A stretch of 64,000 bases of DNA from Chrysomallon squamiferum (Eukaryota > Animalia > Mollusca), in NCBI GenBank assembly GCA_012295275.1, contig CM022670.1:16616001-16680000 (forward strand), read 5' to 3'. The position numbers and the translations under genes are program-made. Below the pieces are notes generated by a model that searched no databases, had not been told where the DNA came from, and was given only the letters and a program-made list of their open reading frames with translations. Below are positions 29,041-42,200 of this stretch, in pieces. Positions within the stretch are counted from its first letter, which is position 1. Every line of letters begins with the position of its first letter.

Positions 29041-29471
29041 GGAGAAAGTATTGGACTGAATACGATCATCTGTCATAAACAAATTTATCTACCTTTACTA
29101 CACTTCACTTTCAGATAAAAAATTAATATAACTGCTGCTACTGTTGTTGCACGTGCTGCTAATACTATTAAGCCTACTGTTGTTTCCACTACTACTATTA
29201 CTATTGCTACTATTACCGCTATTGCTATTACTACTGTTACAACTACTATCTTATTACTGTTACTACTATGGCTTTTACTATTATGATTACTGTTATTACT
29301 ACTGTTACTATTGGTGTTAGCACCACTACTAAAGCTACTACTATTACATCTGCTACTACTACTACTACTGTTACTAATACAACTACTACAAATACTAATA
29401 TTATTACTACATTATTAATTTTATTCGTGCAACATAAGCTCTTACTGATATATATATATATATATATATAT

Positions 29472-29531
<60 letters not shown>

Positions 29532-30107
29532 CTGATGGTATTTTACTTGAAAAAAAACACGATGCTAATGGAGCAGGTTCCTTTCGTGTCGTTTTCGTTT
29601 CGTGCCCAGAGACACGAATTAATTATTTAACGGTATACATAATTTAGCGCCTCTCTACGTTTTTCTGCTTCTCCGTCCTCCCGCGTCTGCGCAGTGAGAG
29701 TCTTTATATTTAGAAAACTACAGCAGTTTATCAAGCAGGGAATGCAGACTGGACTACAGCGGCAATAAAAGTACATGATTTTATATGTTTTTTTGTTATT
29801 ATTATTGTTGTTGTTTTAGTAGATAATAAAACTTGTAATCCTGGATATCATTATGTTTTTGGTTTGCATACATCGTTCTTTTTTTTTTTTTTTTTTTTTT
29901 TCCTCCCCACCCCGTTAACTGATAGCGTAACTATTTTTATTTAAAGCATATCACAGAAAACCCCGTGTACCAATAACAGAAGAAATTGGTCGAAAAATGG
30001 CCACTCACTTTTCATTTGTTTTTTTTTTTTTTTTTTTTTAACATATTTACAAATTTCGTCTTCTCTGCTTGCAGGTACCTAAAGACAGATCTGTCAGACT
30101 GAGAGTG

Positions 30108-30704
30108 ATGCCTGAACAAAGTAACGACTACCGCGTGGTTGTGTTTGGTGCGGGAGGTGTCGGCAAAAGCTCGCTCGTCCTGCGCTTTGTTCGCGGGACG
30201 TTCCGAGAGAGCTACATCCCAACGATCGAGGACACGTACAGACAGGTGATCAGCTGCAACAAGCAGGTCTGCACGCTGCAGATCACAGACACCACGGGCA
30301 GTCACCAGTTCCCCGCGATGCAGAGGCTTTCCATATCCAAAGGACACGCCTTCATTCTAGTGTATTCCATAACCAACAGGCAGTCCCTCGAGGAACTGAA
30401 GCCGATTTTTGACGAGATTTACGCTCTCAAGACTGAAGTGGAGAGCATACCAATAATGCTAGTGGGGAATAAGTGTGACGAGGTGAACAGGGAGGTGTCC
30501 CAGGCGCAGGGGGCGGAGTGTGCGAAACGCTACAACTGTGCTTTCTTGGAAACCTCGGCGAAAACGAACTACAATGTTAAGGAACTTTTCCAGGAACTGC
30601 TTCAGTTGGAAAAACGCCGGACAATGAGTCTACAGCTCGAAACGAAGAAATCCAAATCACAGAAAAGGAAAGAAAAGTTAAAGGGTAAATGCCTTCTGAT
30701 GTGA
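30108..30704 (+). CDS. DIRAS: GTP-binding protein Di-Ras (DIRAS1/2-like), 198 aa, single coding exon
   Basis: [23 protein letters not shown]-terminus, effector loop YIPTIEDTY, Di-Ras-type G3 DTTGSHQF, G4 NKCD, G5 ETSAK, basic tail and CAAX box CLLM. Splice acceptor ttctctgcttgcag ends at 30074, so the exon starts at 30075 and the ATG is 30108; the TTG start in the ORF track is intronic. Confidence 0.97.
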   Translation: MPEQSNDYRVVVFGAGGVGKSSLVLRFVRGTFRESYIPTIEDTYRQVISCNKQVCTLQITDTTGSHQFPAMQRLSISKGHAFILVYSITNRQSLEELKPIFDEIYALKTEVESIPIMLVGNKCDEVNREVSQAQGAECAKRYNCAFLETSAKTNYNVKELFQELLQLEKRRTMSLQLETKKSKSQKRKEKLKGKCLLM

Positions 30705-31681
30705 ACTGTCCGTGGAAAGGAATTTTTATTTTTATTTTATTTAAATTATAATTGAAGTGTTTAATGTCTTAATGCAAATCGTCAAGAGAAATGTGCAAAA
30801 ATAGCAGTGGAAACGAGGATAAGTTGCATAAACAAAAGTGTAATGTGAATTCCTCCCTATTATATAATAGATCCGACCCTTGTCTACAGTATTGTTAGGA
30901 ATGATGTGTGTTAAAATCAGGTTGATTAATATTTTTTTTTTACGTTAGGGCAAAAGGCAGCATTAGGGAGATAAAGGGAATAGACATGTCATTAAACCAT
31001 GCATATTTAATCCGTGTTGTACTCCGATCAACACCACTACACGTACATTTAGCTGAGTGATTGTCATTTTATGCATGAAGGCAACACGCCGATGTTACGA
31101 ACATTGGCTAAAACTGATCGTGACAAGCGACTGTTGGACAGTTTTATTACAGATTTGTCAGTTTCTGCATAAAACAATGTGTTAAACTGTGGTGAAAGAA
31201 AACTCCATATTAACCATGCAGTATATTTGATGCGCCATTTTGACTAATTGTTTCTGCGGTGCTCTTCCGACGTGTGTGAGGAGAGAGAACCTAATTGTTA
31301 ATTTCAGTCAAGTCTAAAACAGCACCAGGTTTGTGTGCAACTGTTTTTGACTTTTATTTTTGTTCATCCAGAATGGTCAAAACGTGTTTGAACCAGTCGT
31401 TATTGTTATTTCACTTTCTGTTGCGTCGCGGCTTAGCGTTGAAGCGTTTACTAATTCACTTTTCCCCTCTGTATGGGCATACAGCAAGAGCAATACGGCA
31501 GGCATCTTCCTCTGCCCTATGCATCAAGTAACAAACTGGTTGTGATGTTATGAAACTCTTCGCGAGTTAATACAGCCACAATCCATCTCCTGAAACAAAT
31601 GCATTCGATATGAAAGCGTGATCACGAATGCTCTTGGGAAATATAAAATATGTGTGCACCAACAAGACTTTAATTTTTCAT

Positions 31682-31714
<33 letters not shown>

Positions 31715-31940
31715 CCGTACAGGACATTTTTGTATTTGGTGTAATTCAGAATAACATAGGTTCTTTATTGAATATCATATTGTTTGTGCCTAATAAAAAC
31801 TGAAATTAAAAACCTTGTTTGCGTGCAAAAAGTCATCCACAATCAGATGATAGCAAGAAAATATTGTCTTAAAATATTTTATCAATTTCCATACTGTTAT
31901 ATACAATTTATTTATGAACCAATATTAACTGATATTTTAA

Positions 31941-32024
<84 letters not shown>

Positions 32025-33349
32025 ATATTTAAAATATTTAAGATAAACAATCTTCATTAATTAAAAAAATAAAAAATATCTTTTATAACAAAACTTGAAT
32101 TTGGTGTAGTAAAAAGTTACAAGTAAAAAACAAATAATAATAATATTAAATATATTCTGTAATTTTCCTCTTAATTTTATCATCTGAGAAGAAGCATTGT
32201 TCTTTTTATTTTTCTGAAATCAGTTGTTTCTGACAAAAACATTTCTGATATATGCACTGCCATAATTAATTTTTTTTTTATATATATACATATAGACAAA
32301 ACTCGTACTACAAAAACCTCAATTCATTATCATACTTTTTGAACTGTGAACATCATTGACATTCGTTTTCTGATCTTTGATATTTGTTTTACATACATTT
32401 TATTATGAAATGAAATTATTTATGAACTGTTTAGTATAGTTTTCATGTTCATTCTGTTTTAGATCGAAACAGTCTTTATTGGCATAGACAGTTTATTTTT
32501 TTTTATTTTGTTCCGTTGTTAGTATTGAGAAACGGAAATATCTGATCTTTTTTTCTTTTCTTCTTTTTAAAAAAAAAAAGAAAAAAACAAACAAAAGAAG
32601 AAAAAAAATCCGAAATCAACAGATGATTTCGACACTGATCGGTTTGTTGATTTTTATTTTGATGCCAATAATCTTTAAAAAATAAAACTGTTTTGTTTAT
32701 TTGGAAGCAATGTGTTGGTTTTTTGTTGTTTTGTTTATGAAATGTCTGTATATTCATAATTTTCTGCAGCTTTTAACTTGTTTTACTAAACGTCTTGGAT
32801 ATGGAAATAAAAATAAATAAATAAAGCAAAACAAAACAAAACAAAACAAAAGAGAAGGAATGAAATTAAATGAAATGAAATACAATGCAATACAATAAAT
32901 AAATAAATAAATAAATAAAGTCGTAACTGTTCAAAACAGTGTTAAAAATGTTTTTAAAAAATGTATGTTGAAAAATTATAATTATTAATTATTTTGTAAA
33001 GAGAAAAGATGGTAAAACAACAATAATAAATAAAATTAAGAAGATTAAAATCCAATATTGTTTCTGATTGAATTTTTACATCTTCAGTTTTAGAAGTTAG
33101 TAAGATGAATATTTTGACGGCAGTGAACTTGACTGCGTATCTGGTCGATGGTACGTGAGTTGTAAATTAGTTTTCATTGATTTACAAGTCGATCCAGATT
33201 AAATACAGTATTTTATTACATAACTTGAAAATATTTCACTAATTGTTTACTTATCTAGCTTCTTACCTGGACATTCCACTCTGTTACGTAACTGACAAAC
33301 TGTGTCATTAAATAATTATTAAACACATTCAGTACAACAAACTCAGTCT

Positions 33350-33900
33350 GCATGTTCATGTCACCAACACACAGAGTAAACATGATCCATTGTATACATA
33401 CTAACAAACAGAAAATAAATATCATACATATACTTACATACTACCACAGTAAACATAAATCATTCACTTAAATATTTACACTGAAAACATAAACCATACA
33501 TACACTTACATACTAACACACAGTAAACATAAACCATATATACACTTACATACTAACACACAGTCAACATAAATCATACCTAGGCTTGTATACATACTAA
33601 CACACACAAAACATAAACCATACATACACTTAAATATTAACAAACAAAAAAAAATCATATATACACAGAAAATTTAAACCATACAGAGACTTACAAATTA
33701 AAACATCCAATATACATAAACCATACAGACTTCTATTCTAAAATACCCAGAAAATGGAAACCATATACTAACATACACAGAATATATAAACCAAACATGC
33801 ACTTTCATATTAATAAACAGAAAACATAAACAGTACACACACTTAAATACTAACACATCCATAAAATTTAAACCCTAAGTTATTAACATTCTAACAAAAA
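33350..33900. repeat. Degenerate 40-bp tandem repeat between the convergent DIRAS and XKR 3' ends
   Basis: CACTTACATACTAACACACAGTAAACATAAACCATACATA units, e.g. 33503 and 33543. Confidence 0.8.
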
Positions 33901-34013
33901 TTTAATTCATACATGTATTTACATGTATATTCATGTTTTCTTCTCCAAATTAAAAATATATAATACTTACAAATATATAAATTTATTAGTATATGTTAGT
34001 ACATATAGATATA

Positions 34014-34054
<41 letters not shown>

Positions 34055-35330
34055 TCACAGAACAACACAAACATACCATACAAGTATAAATCTACTAGAA
34101 AAGCAGGTTATGAACTGAACAAAAAACATATTTCACGTATTAAAATTTTAATACACTGATATAGTAGAAATACACAAATGGCACACAACAAAAAATTTGA
34201 TACATTTATTGTGTAAACAATTTAAAATCTCTGCTGATGAGAAAATTGACTACATTAATAAGAACATTAAAAAATGACATATAAATACATATATATTTTT
34301 GTTTCTATAATTATAACTGTTTATAATATTTTCAAAAAAAGAAGAAAGGCTTTATATAACATGAAACTTTGCCTAGATATCTATGTATGTGTATATGTAT
34401 GCAAGGGTGGGTATCTGTGCACATTGAAGTTTTTTTACCCACAGATAAATAGAAATAAAATCACCCAGTAGTGTATAACTTGTACACATATTTTATTTAT
34501 ATTCATTTCCCAATATTCACAAAGTATTAAAATACCAATGTATAGATAATAATAAATATATTTTAAACAACAAAACACAATAAACAATAATTAAAATACA
34601 AAGATAATGAAATGGTTAAAACACAAAGTTAATATATTAACTGAACATTTTAGCATGTTAATTTTCTGATGCTATGTTCAAAGTACCATGTACAAGTAAA
34701 TGCTAACATACAGAAATGAACAAAGTTACTTCCCTTGATTTTGCTGACAACTGGTTTTTGGATCAAGAAATTTACTAGTATCATTTCTGTACAATTTTTG
34801 TTGCATGGGGTCACTGTGAGTAGTTGTAAAGAAAATAACTGACTAGATTGTGTTAATTACCTGAAATGTGTGTACTAGTATAAACTTAATACATACAAAA
34901 TATTTGAACCAGAAACTTAAAAATAAATAAATAAAAAATTAATAAATAAGTAAGTAAATAAATAAATAAATAAATAAATAATGACAATAAAGAAATTTTT
35001 TTACTAGTATTATAAAAAAAAGTTTATATTTATAACTTTTGTTTTAAAGTTTCCATTGTGTGTTTTGACTCTGGTATGGTTTTATAACACAACATGGATA
35101 AAAACTGTTTTTTGTTTTAATAACATTATTTTTCTTAGTTTTTTGTAGATCACTAATTTCAAGATATTATAGAAAGATAAACTGTAACAAGAGGCCAGAT
35201 TAGAAAGATGAACTCAAATCTGCTTTGGAAGAGAATGGCTTTTAAAGATTTTTCTTGACAAAAATAAATAAATAAATAAATAATAATAAAATAAATTAAA
35301 TGAATAAATAAATAAATAAAAAAAAAAAAA

Positions 35331-35393
<63 letters not shown>

Positions 35394-35408
35394 AATAAAT
35401 AAATAAAA

Positions 35409-35439
<31 letters not shown>

Positions 35440-36027
35440 GAAATATACTGAATAGCATTTTTAATGGAGAGAGAAATGCTTAAGGGGATTTTAAATTGTG
35501 TACAATAAATATATTATCTGTAATTGGTCCTTCCTTTTATTAGTTTTTCAACAACAATAAAAAAAAAAATCAAAGCTTTGGGGGTTAAAAATCCTGTTAC
35601 ATGAATTACCTTATTTCACATAAATTTTTGACACTCGATTAACATATTTTCTTTGTGTGAATTCATAGACTGTATAATGCAGGGATTGGTGTACGTCACA
35701 AAACAAAATTTATTCTTCTTCTATTAAAAATAAATTATTTCCATGTATTTCTTTTGGGGGACAATATTACCTTTTTTTAACTTACAGTATGTACGTATAT
35801 TACTAATAGAATATTCCTATAACAGTAAATAGTTTAATGATATATAGACCGTTATTATAAAGTTTTAACAGCATGTCTAATATTTGATTCATTTCAAACA
35901 GAAAAGATTCAGAAAATCTAATTTTATAATAATTGCACAACTTATTGTGATAAAAAAAAAAAGAATATATACAAACAATGAACAAAGAATTTTACTGAGG
36001 TTTTGAGTGTTAATTTCTAAAGGTGAG

Positions 36028-38567
36028 TTAGATAATGAGTTCCAGACTGTCGTCGCTCTCTGAATTAGATAACTCACAGTTGCTAGAACTGAACGTTTCT
36101 TGTGGAAATGCGCTGTCCTCGGATTCACTGCACACGTACCACGGAGTTTCTTTAGTCACTGGGAGAGGATCGTCCAGGAACACACCATCATCTTCAACAA
36201 AGACAGTGTTCTCGTACACAACGTCGCCACAGCCTGTCTGCCTGAAATAACTGTCGCCGTTGACAGCTTTTCCACACTTTGGTGTCATTTCAGACTTCGC
36301 TACTCGTTTGAAACTGCTGTGATGACTTCCTATGACTGGTGTTATAACTGACATTTTTGGAAACAAAATAACACCATCCTGGAATTTCAGCCATCTTGAA
36401 AAATTGTCTGCTACATAGTTGTCTGTTTGTTGTTTGTTCTGTAACTGACTGCTTTCTAATTGTTTAGTTGTTGTTTTGTTATTGTCAGCAGTGTCTATCA
36501 CTTGTTGGTTTTCTTGTTTTAAGTCAGTTGTGTGTGGTGTGACATTTTGTGCAGATGTTGTCCATATTTCACAATTATTCACACTTGAATCATCAGGTTT
36601 CACTGAATGCTCAAAATCACTGTCTGTCACACTTTTTGAACTGATAGCAATATTCGTCACATTTTTCTGTATTTCACATGAAGGTCTTTTTCTTGACCAG
36701 TGAACATATTTTTCTTTCACCGAGTCTGTCAGACTGTCTAATCTTTTCGACTTTTTACTCACTATTCTGTTTGGTCTTTTCATTTTGACGCTGTTCGGTA
36801 AATTGACATTCCTGACATTGTGCGGCAGTTTAACGTTACAGTGACAGTAATAGTCACTTTCACTGTCAGACACCACTGACTGCTGTTTTCCTATTGATGT
36901 CACCGGCAGTTTAGACCAGTCCAATACAGTGCAGTCAGTACTGTAGCCATCAGAATACCAGTTGTGTGAGTTACCTCTCAACAACGACCTGCATGACGCC
37001 AGACTTCGTCTTTTGTTGGCATCATCCACTTCTAATTCTGATAGATTGTCCCAGTTATCAGTAAGAAGACAGGTCTGAGAATACAGATTTCTTTGACTTA
37101 CAGGGTAACCACGGTGGTCCACTACCTATGCTGCTTCCATCCGAAATACTAGCCTCTGGCTGTTTTAAATCCTTAAATTCGAAAGATGTGTCCATCCCTA
37201 CATAACTCATAATCTCATCATCATTGGTATTGATGAATCGTCGATGTACGTAGGTCCCTGCAGATTGAAAGTCCACCACAGACTGTTTTTCAACATCACT
37301 ATTGTTTATTTCTGATGCATTGTCTTTCACAGACATCTTACAGTGTTCAGAATCAACCGTGTCGTCCAGCAGAGAGTCGTGAAGAATGTTTTTGTAATAC
37401 TGTCCGTTATACACTGCACTGTTGTACTGAGTGATCCAGCCTGCACTGAAAGGTCTCTGCATTTTTAACTTGTGTTTAACACACAGACTCAGTTTACAGT
37501 TGATACAGCTCTTCTGAACACAAACCAGAGACTTCCCTTCTTTGGGGATGTTCGAAATGCTGATGTGAAAACATTTGTAATATACTGTAACGGAAACTAT
37601 TGCAACGAAAAAGGAAGCAGCAGATATAAAGACCACGAGGTAGGAGGATTCAGTGTCTTGTGAAGATGACTTCAAGAACCACACAATGTTTAGAGTTCCG
37701 TTCTCCAGAAACATAATTATATAAAACATGACGTAGCGAAACGTGGGGTTAACATTACTGAAATTGATGAAAGTAAAAACATACATGTAGGCCACTAAAA
37801 CTCTAAAGGAAATTTTGTAAGTCATGCTGCTCACGGACTCAGTGATTGCACTGAACACTGAGGTGCATACACAGACAAGCATTGTGAGCCAATGTAGACT
37901 GATGACAAGAAAAAGCCATTCTTTATACAGACTGGCAAACAATACAAGAGACAGAACTCTTGAGATGATCTCCCCTGTTCTCCAGAGTAATCTGAAGATC
38001 ATGCCTGGCCATGGGAGGACAATGTCTTCGGCATCGCATGTTTCATGCTGTCTCTGGAAGCTGGCTAAAGCCCAGCTAGTGGAAAGAAGACTTGCTGCCG
38101 CGGCTGCATATAAAACCCAGTTCCACATGAGTGGAACACCCGTCAGAATCAGATACACCTGTACTAACATAAGAGGAAACCCTGCAGCAAAACCATACGT
38201 CATCCTCAGCAGAAACAACTCAGCCATGTCAGTCTTCTTCGTAATCACGTTCTTCTGAGTCATCACAGAGATATGTCTCCACGTGAAGCCCATCTGTAAC
38301 AAATGAAGTATCGCCATAGCAACACACTGACATGTCGTCATCTTGTCACTATTTCTGTTTAACATGAGGAATGGCAGACAGGAGCTGGATGAGAACTAAA
38401 GGAATAATGATGATTCCTGTTACCAGACTGAACATCTTGTGTTCATCGTCATTGGTTGACCACAGGCAGTAGACAAGAACTCCATTCAGCGCTAGCTCAG
38501 CTAAGTGAAGTACAAGAGACATGAAAATATGTAAAATAAAACATCCAGATACATACTTGTTACCCAT
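36028..38567 (-). CDS. XKR: XK-related (XKR family, scramblase-like) multi-pass membrane protein, ~845 aa if two +1 frameshifts are corrected; possible pseudogene or assembly error
   Basis: Three overlapping collinear ORFs (38349-38567, 37058-38365, 36028-37122). XK-like segments: LHLLQMGFTWRH, GFPLMLVQVYLIL, SLLSTSWALASF, LWRTGEIISRVLSLVLFAS, HWLTML, YMYVFTFIN, RYVMFYIIMFLEN, VYYKCFH, followed by a long Ser/Asp-rich tail. Paralog not assignable. Confidence 0.82.
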
Positions 38568-38844
38568 GATGATTACTGTTTATCTTTATATATTTCTAAA
38601 TTCAAATTTTTAACTCTATGGTTCAGTTCACAAGTCAAATTTTTTTCAATGACTCACACAAAATAGTTTGTTCATTCCTTTTGATAACTGCAGTTTTCAG
38701 ATACTATCTGTATTCATCTCGAATGTAATCAGCGAAAGAAGTCTGAGTCGTGATAGTAATAGTATAATAAAGCATGTTATTTATTACTGAAGATAGTCTC
38801 ATTCTGAAATAATTTCATAGGTAAAATTCTGCTTTAAAACTATA

Positions 38845-39140
38845 CGCTGTTTTATCTTGTAAACTGATGTGGAAAAGTGGCATACTGTCTCGACGTTTTA
38901 ACTTGTAAACTGATCTGAGAAATCTGCACACTGTCTTGACGTTTTAACTTGTAAACTGATGTGTGAAATCTGCACCCTGTCTTGGCGTTTTAACTTGTAA
39001 ACTGATGTGACGAAACTGCATACTGTCTTGTCGTTTTAACTTGTAAACTGATGTGAGAAATCTGCACACTGTCTTGACGTTTTAACTTGTAAACTGATGT
39101 GACGAAACTGCACACAGTCTTCACATTCTCCTAACTTGTG
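38845..39140. repeat. 46-bp minisatellite, ~6.5 copies
   Basis: AAACTGAT recurs at 38861, 38907, 38953, 38999, 39045, 39091. Confidence 0.93.
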
Positions 39141-39633
39141 AGGAAACTGTAGACTGTCTAAAGTCTTTGTCTGAACTCGTCCATCCATTCTCTGTCATTT
39201 CCCCACACGTCCACACACAAATAAAAGAGGTGTGTAAACTGCAGCGACAATATTTCTGTTCTTTCACACTATGAGAAATTGTTCTGTTTGCCACAATTAC
39301 CAGATTAACCCTTGACGAGAAAAATCAAATACTGCTAACCCTTCCACGTGACAGGTTTCTTTGACATGACTGAGTTTGCACCAGCTCAGCTGAGATTAGT
39401 ATAAGCCACTTTCTTGCACTCCGTCATCACAATGGCTGATTACCACCTGCTATAAAGAGAAGATAAAAAAGGTATTAAAGAGAATCAGTCAGTCACTGTG
39501 ATACTCTTAATTGTGAACGGTGCTTGCTGTTTTCAGTGAAGCAGTTTAGCACAGAATATTTCATCACAATATTCCACACAATACCTGTGCAGTTAATTGT
39601 AAGACGAATTTTCCAAAAAGATAAATTTAAGAC

Positions 39634-39696
<63 letters not shown>

Positions 39697-42157
39697 AACA
39701 ATAACAATAATAATAATAATAATAATAATAAAAATAAAAATAATAACAATAACAAAATAAATAATTATAATATGATGTTGATGAAGATAATAATAACGAT
39801 GATGACGATAATAATGATGATCATGTTGATAATAGTAAAGATTACAATATGGTGTCTGTAACCATTAAAATTTCATCACAGTGACTTTTATGCCATATAT
39901 GTGAACAAAATTTAAATTTAGGAAACATTTTTTTTTCTAGTTTATCTCAAATTAATACGATTTGATGATTGCAAAACTTTATTTCTTAAACTAACTTAAT
40001 AAAGTAATAACTAGGTATACATTAACAAATATGTTTTTGTTGACTTTTTAAAGCAATAACATAAAATATGTTTTATATTTAAAAAATAATAATTCACACG
40101 CAGTATATATAATTATGAGTGTGTATGTTTGTGAATATTCATAGCTAAGATCAGTATTCGGTATCAGTTTTAATTTTCATATAACAAATATAAAATGGAC
40201 ATCTACCCCTCAACCGTTTTCAATGCTTCCCATTCTACAGACAACCCCCTAGGACTACCACATTTGAAACAATGAGCTTAACATACGTAAACCCTGAGTG
40301 ACATAAACTGTTTCATTGTTCACAAACAACTGATTTCTGAGTTACAGAGTTTAGTAATCTTTTAAGCATGTATACAAATCCAGACACTCCTGGATTAAAG
40401 ACATAATCAAAAACCTGGATTACATATAATCAACAACTTGGATTATACGGGATAAACGTAATCAAATGCCTTGTTTGTTTGTTACCTGGAGCTGTTTTTC
40501 CTAATACACCTGTTAAATAACACAGGATGAAAGGGAAAAAATCTGTCTTTAAATAGTTAATCGGGAAACGAGTTTAACACGCAGTTAATTATAAAATGAA
40601 TTTAACAGATAATTACAACACGTACTTGAAACTATCATGTTTTCTTGCAGAATCTTTACAGTTTTACAGTAAACATCTCTCATATTTTATGTCAGAACGT
40701 TTCTGTGTGTGGATGGTTCTGTGTGTATATATGTGTGTGTTCATAAACAAAAGATAGGTTGATGTGTGTGTGTGCGTGCGTAAGTGTAAAATTGCTTTCA
40801 CTAGTTTATTATTTATTTATTTACTGTATCTAAATTAAACTTTTTTTAATTTTTTTTTTTTAAATATATAGTGTATTTTTAGTTGATGTTTTAATAATTG
40901 ATTAAAATGTTAACAAAGTGACGAAGAGGTTCTTCATATTCCTTTTCTAAAAATACTTGAAGGTATTTAACTACCATACTGGAAAAACAAACAAACAAAT
41001 TTTTTATTTTCTTAACGTAATTACTTAAACAAATAGGTTCAAAATAAAATTGACCCTGTTTAAAAGCTTAAAATAAACTGGAAAAATTCACAAAACTTAT
41101 CTTATCTTTTGCATTTAAACAAATTCTGTTTGTTTACTTATATTTCCGAATATTTCAGAATACCTCCAAATAAATTAAAAAAAAAAAAAAAAAAAAAAAA
41201 GTAATAATAATAATAATAAAACAACATTAATATAAAATATAAAATTGAATAAATAAATAAATATAATAATAAAAAGTATTGAAACATTTGTGCCTACTTG
41301 ACATTAACATGAACTTTAAAAAAAAATAATAATAATAATAAAGAATATATTATTTTATGTTACTAAGTGACTGTCTTAATAATCAGTAATAAAACTGACA
41401 TAAAATTAGAATGGATCTAAAGAGGCAACCCTGAAAAGACCATGATTTTTTGTTGTTGTTGTTTTTTTTTGTCTTAAATCCATGATCTGAATTATTGTTT
41501 TACATTTCCAATTTGTATGACTAGTTAAAAAACACAAGTGTTTAAACAATCCACAGATACATAATAATTATTTTCTTAGCTTCTTTAAGATATTTTTTAT
41601 ATCTTATCATTTGTATTTAATAATAATAAAAAAAAAAATATATATATATATATATTTACACTCTTCTTCATTCATCTCTGTATTTGCAGACAGTGTAGTA
41701 TGAAAAGCAGTAAATTATTTTAAATACATTAATAAACAATAGATTGTTCTGTCATTTTGTTTTACACACAGCATGTTAAACTACATTAGTATTAATTTCA
41801 GGAACAGTCATATGACAGTATGTGTCTGTTTAGTTAGCTGATTATATTTCACACACGCATGCTGACACACAACACTTGGAGGTTACAACTGCCACAGTGT
41901 AGAGGATTTAGATCATTACCTCTAACAAGTTTGTTTTTGTTAAAGACACATTTGACTTCTTTGTGTCACAGTTAAAACTGGCTCTATTCTCTTATAGTAC
42001 ACCTGTTTTGAAAAAAAGGAAAAAAAAAATAATAATAATAAAGTAAAATAAAATAAATAAAACAAAATAATATAATAAAATAAAATAAAAAAACTGAAAT
42101 AAAAAAAAATAAAATAAAATAAATAACAATAATATTATTTAATTAATTAAATTAAAA

Positions 42158-42200
<43 letters not shown>

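Noticed and set aside
30012-30347. Antisense ORF over DIRAS
   Set aside because: Shadow ORF of a GC-rich coding exon that runs into an intronic poly-T tract.
36035-38258. Plus-strand ORFs overlapping XKR (36035, 36100, 36476, 37472, 37824)
   Set aside because: Antisense shadows of the XKR coding sequence with no recognisable motifs.
38349-38365. Micro-intron explanation for the first XKR frameshift
   Set aside because: The nearest GT..AG pairs span 9 or 15 nt, which is too short and frame-preserving.
38845-39140. 46-bp array as CRISPR-like repeat-spacer units
   Set aside because: The variable parts are point variants of one unit, not independent spacers.
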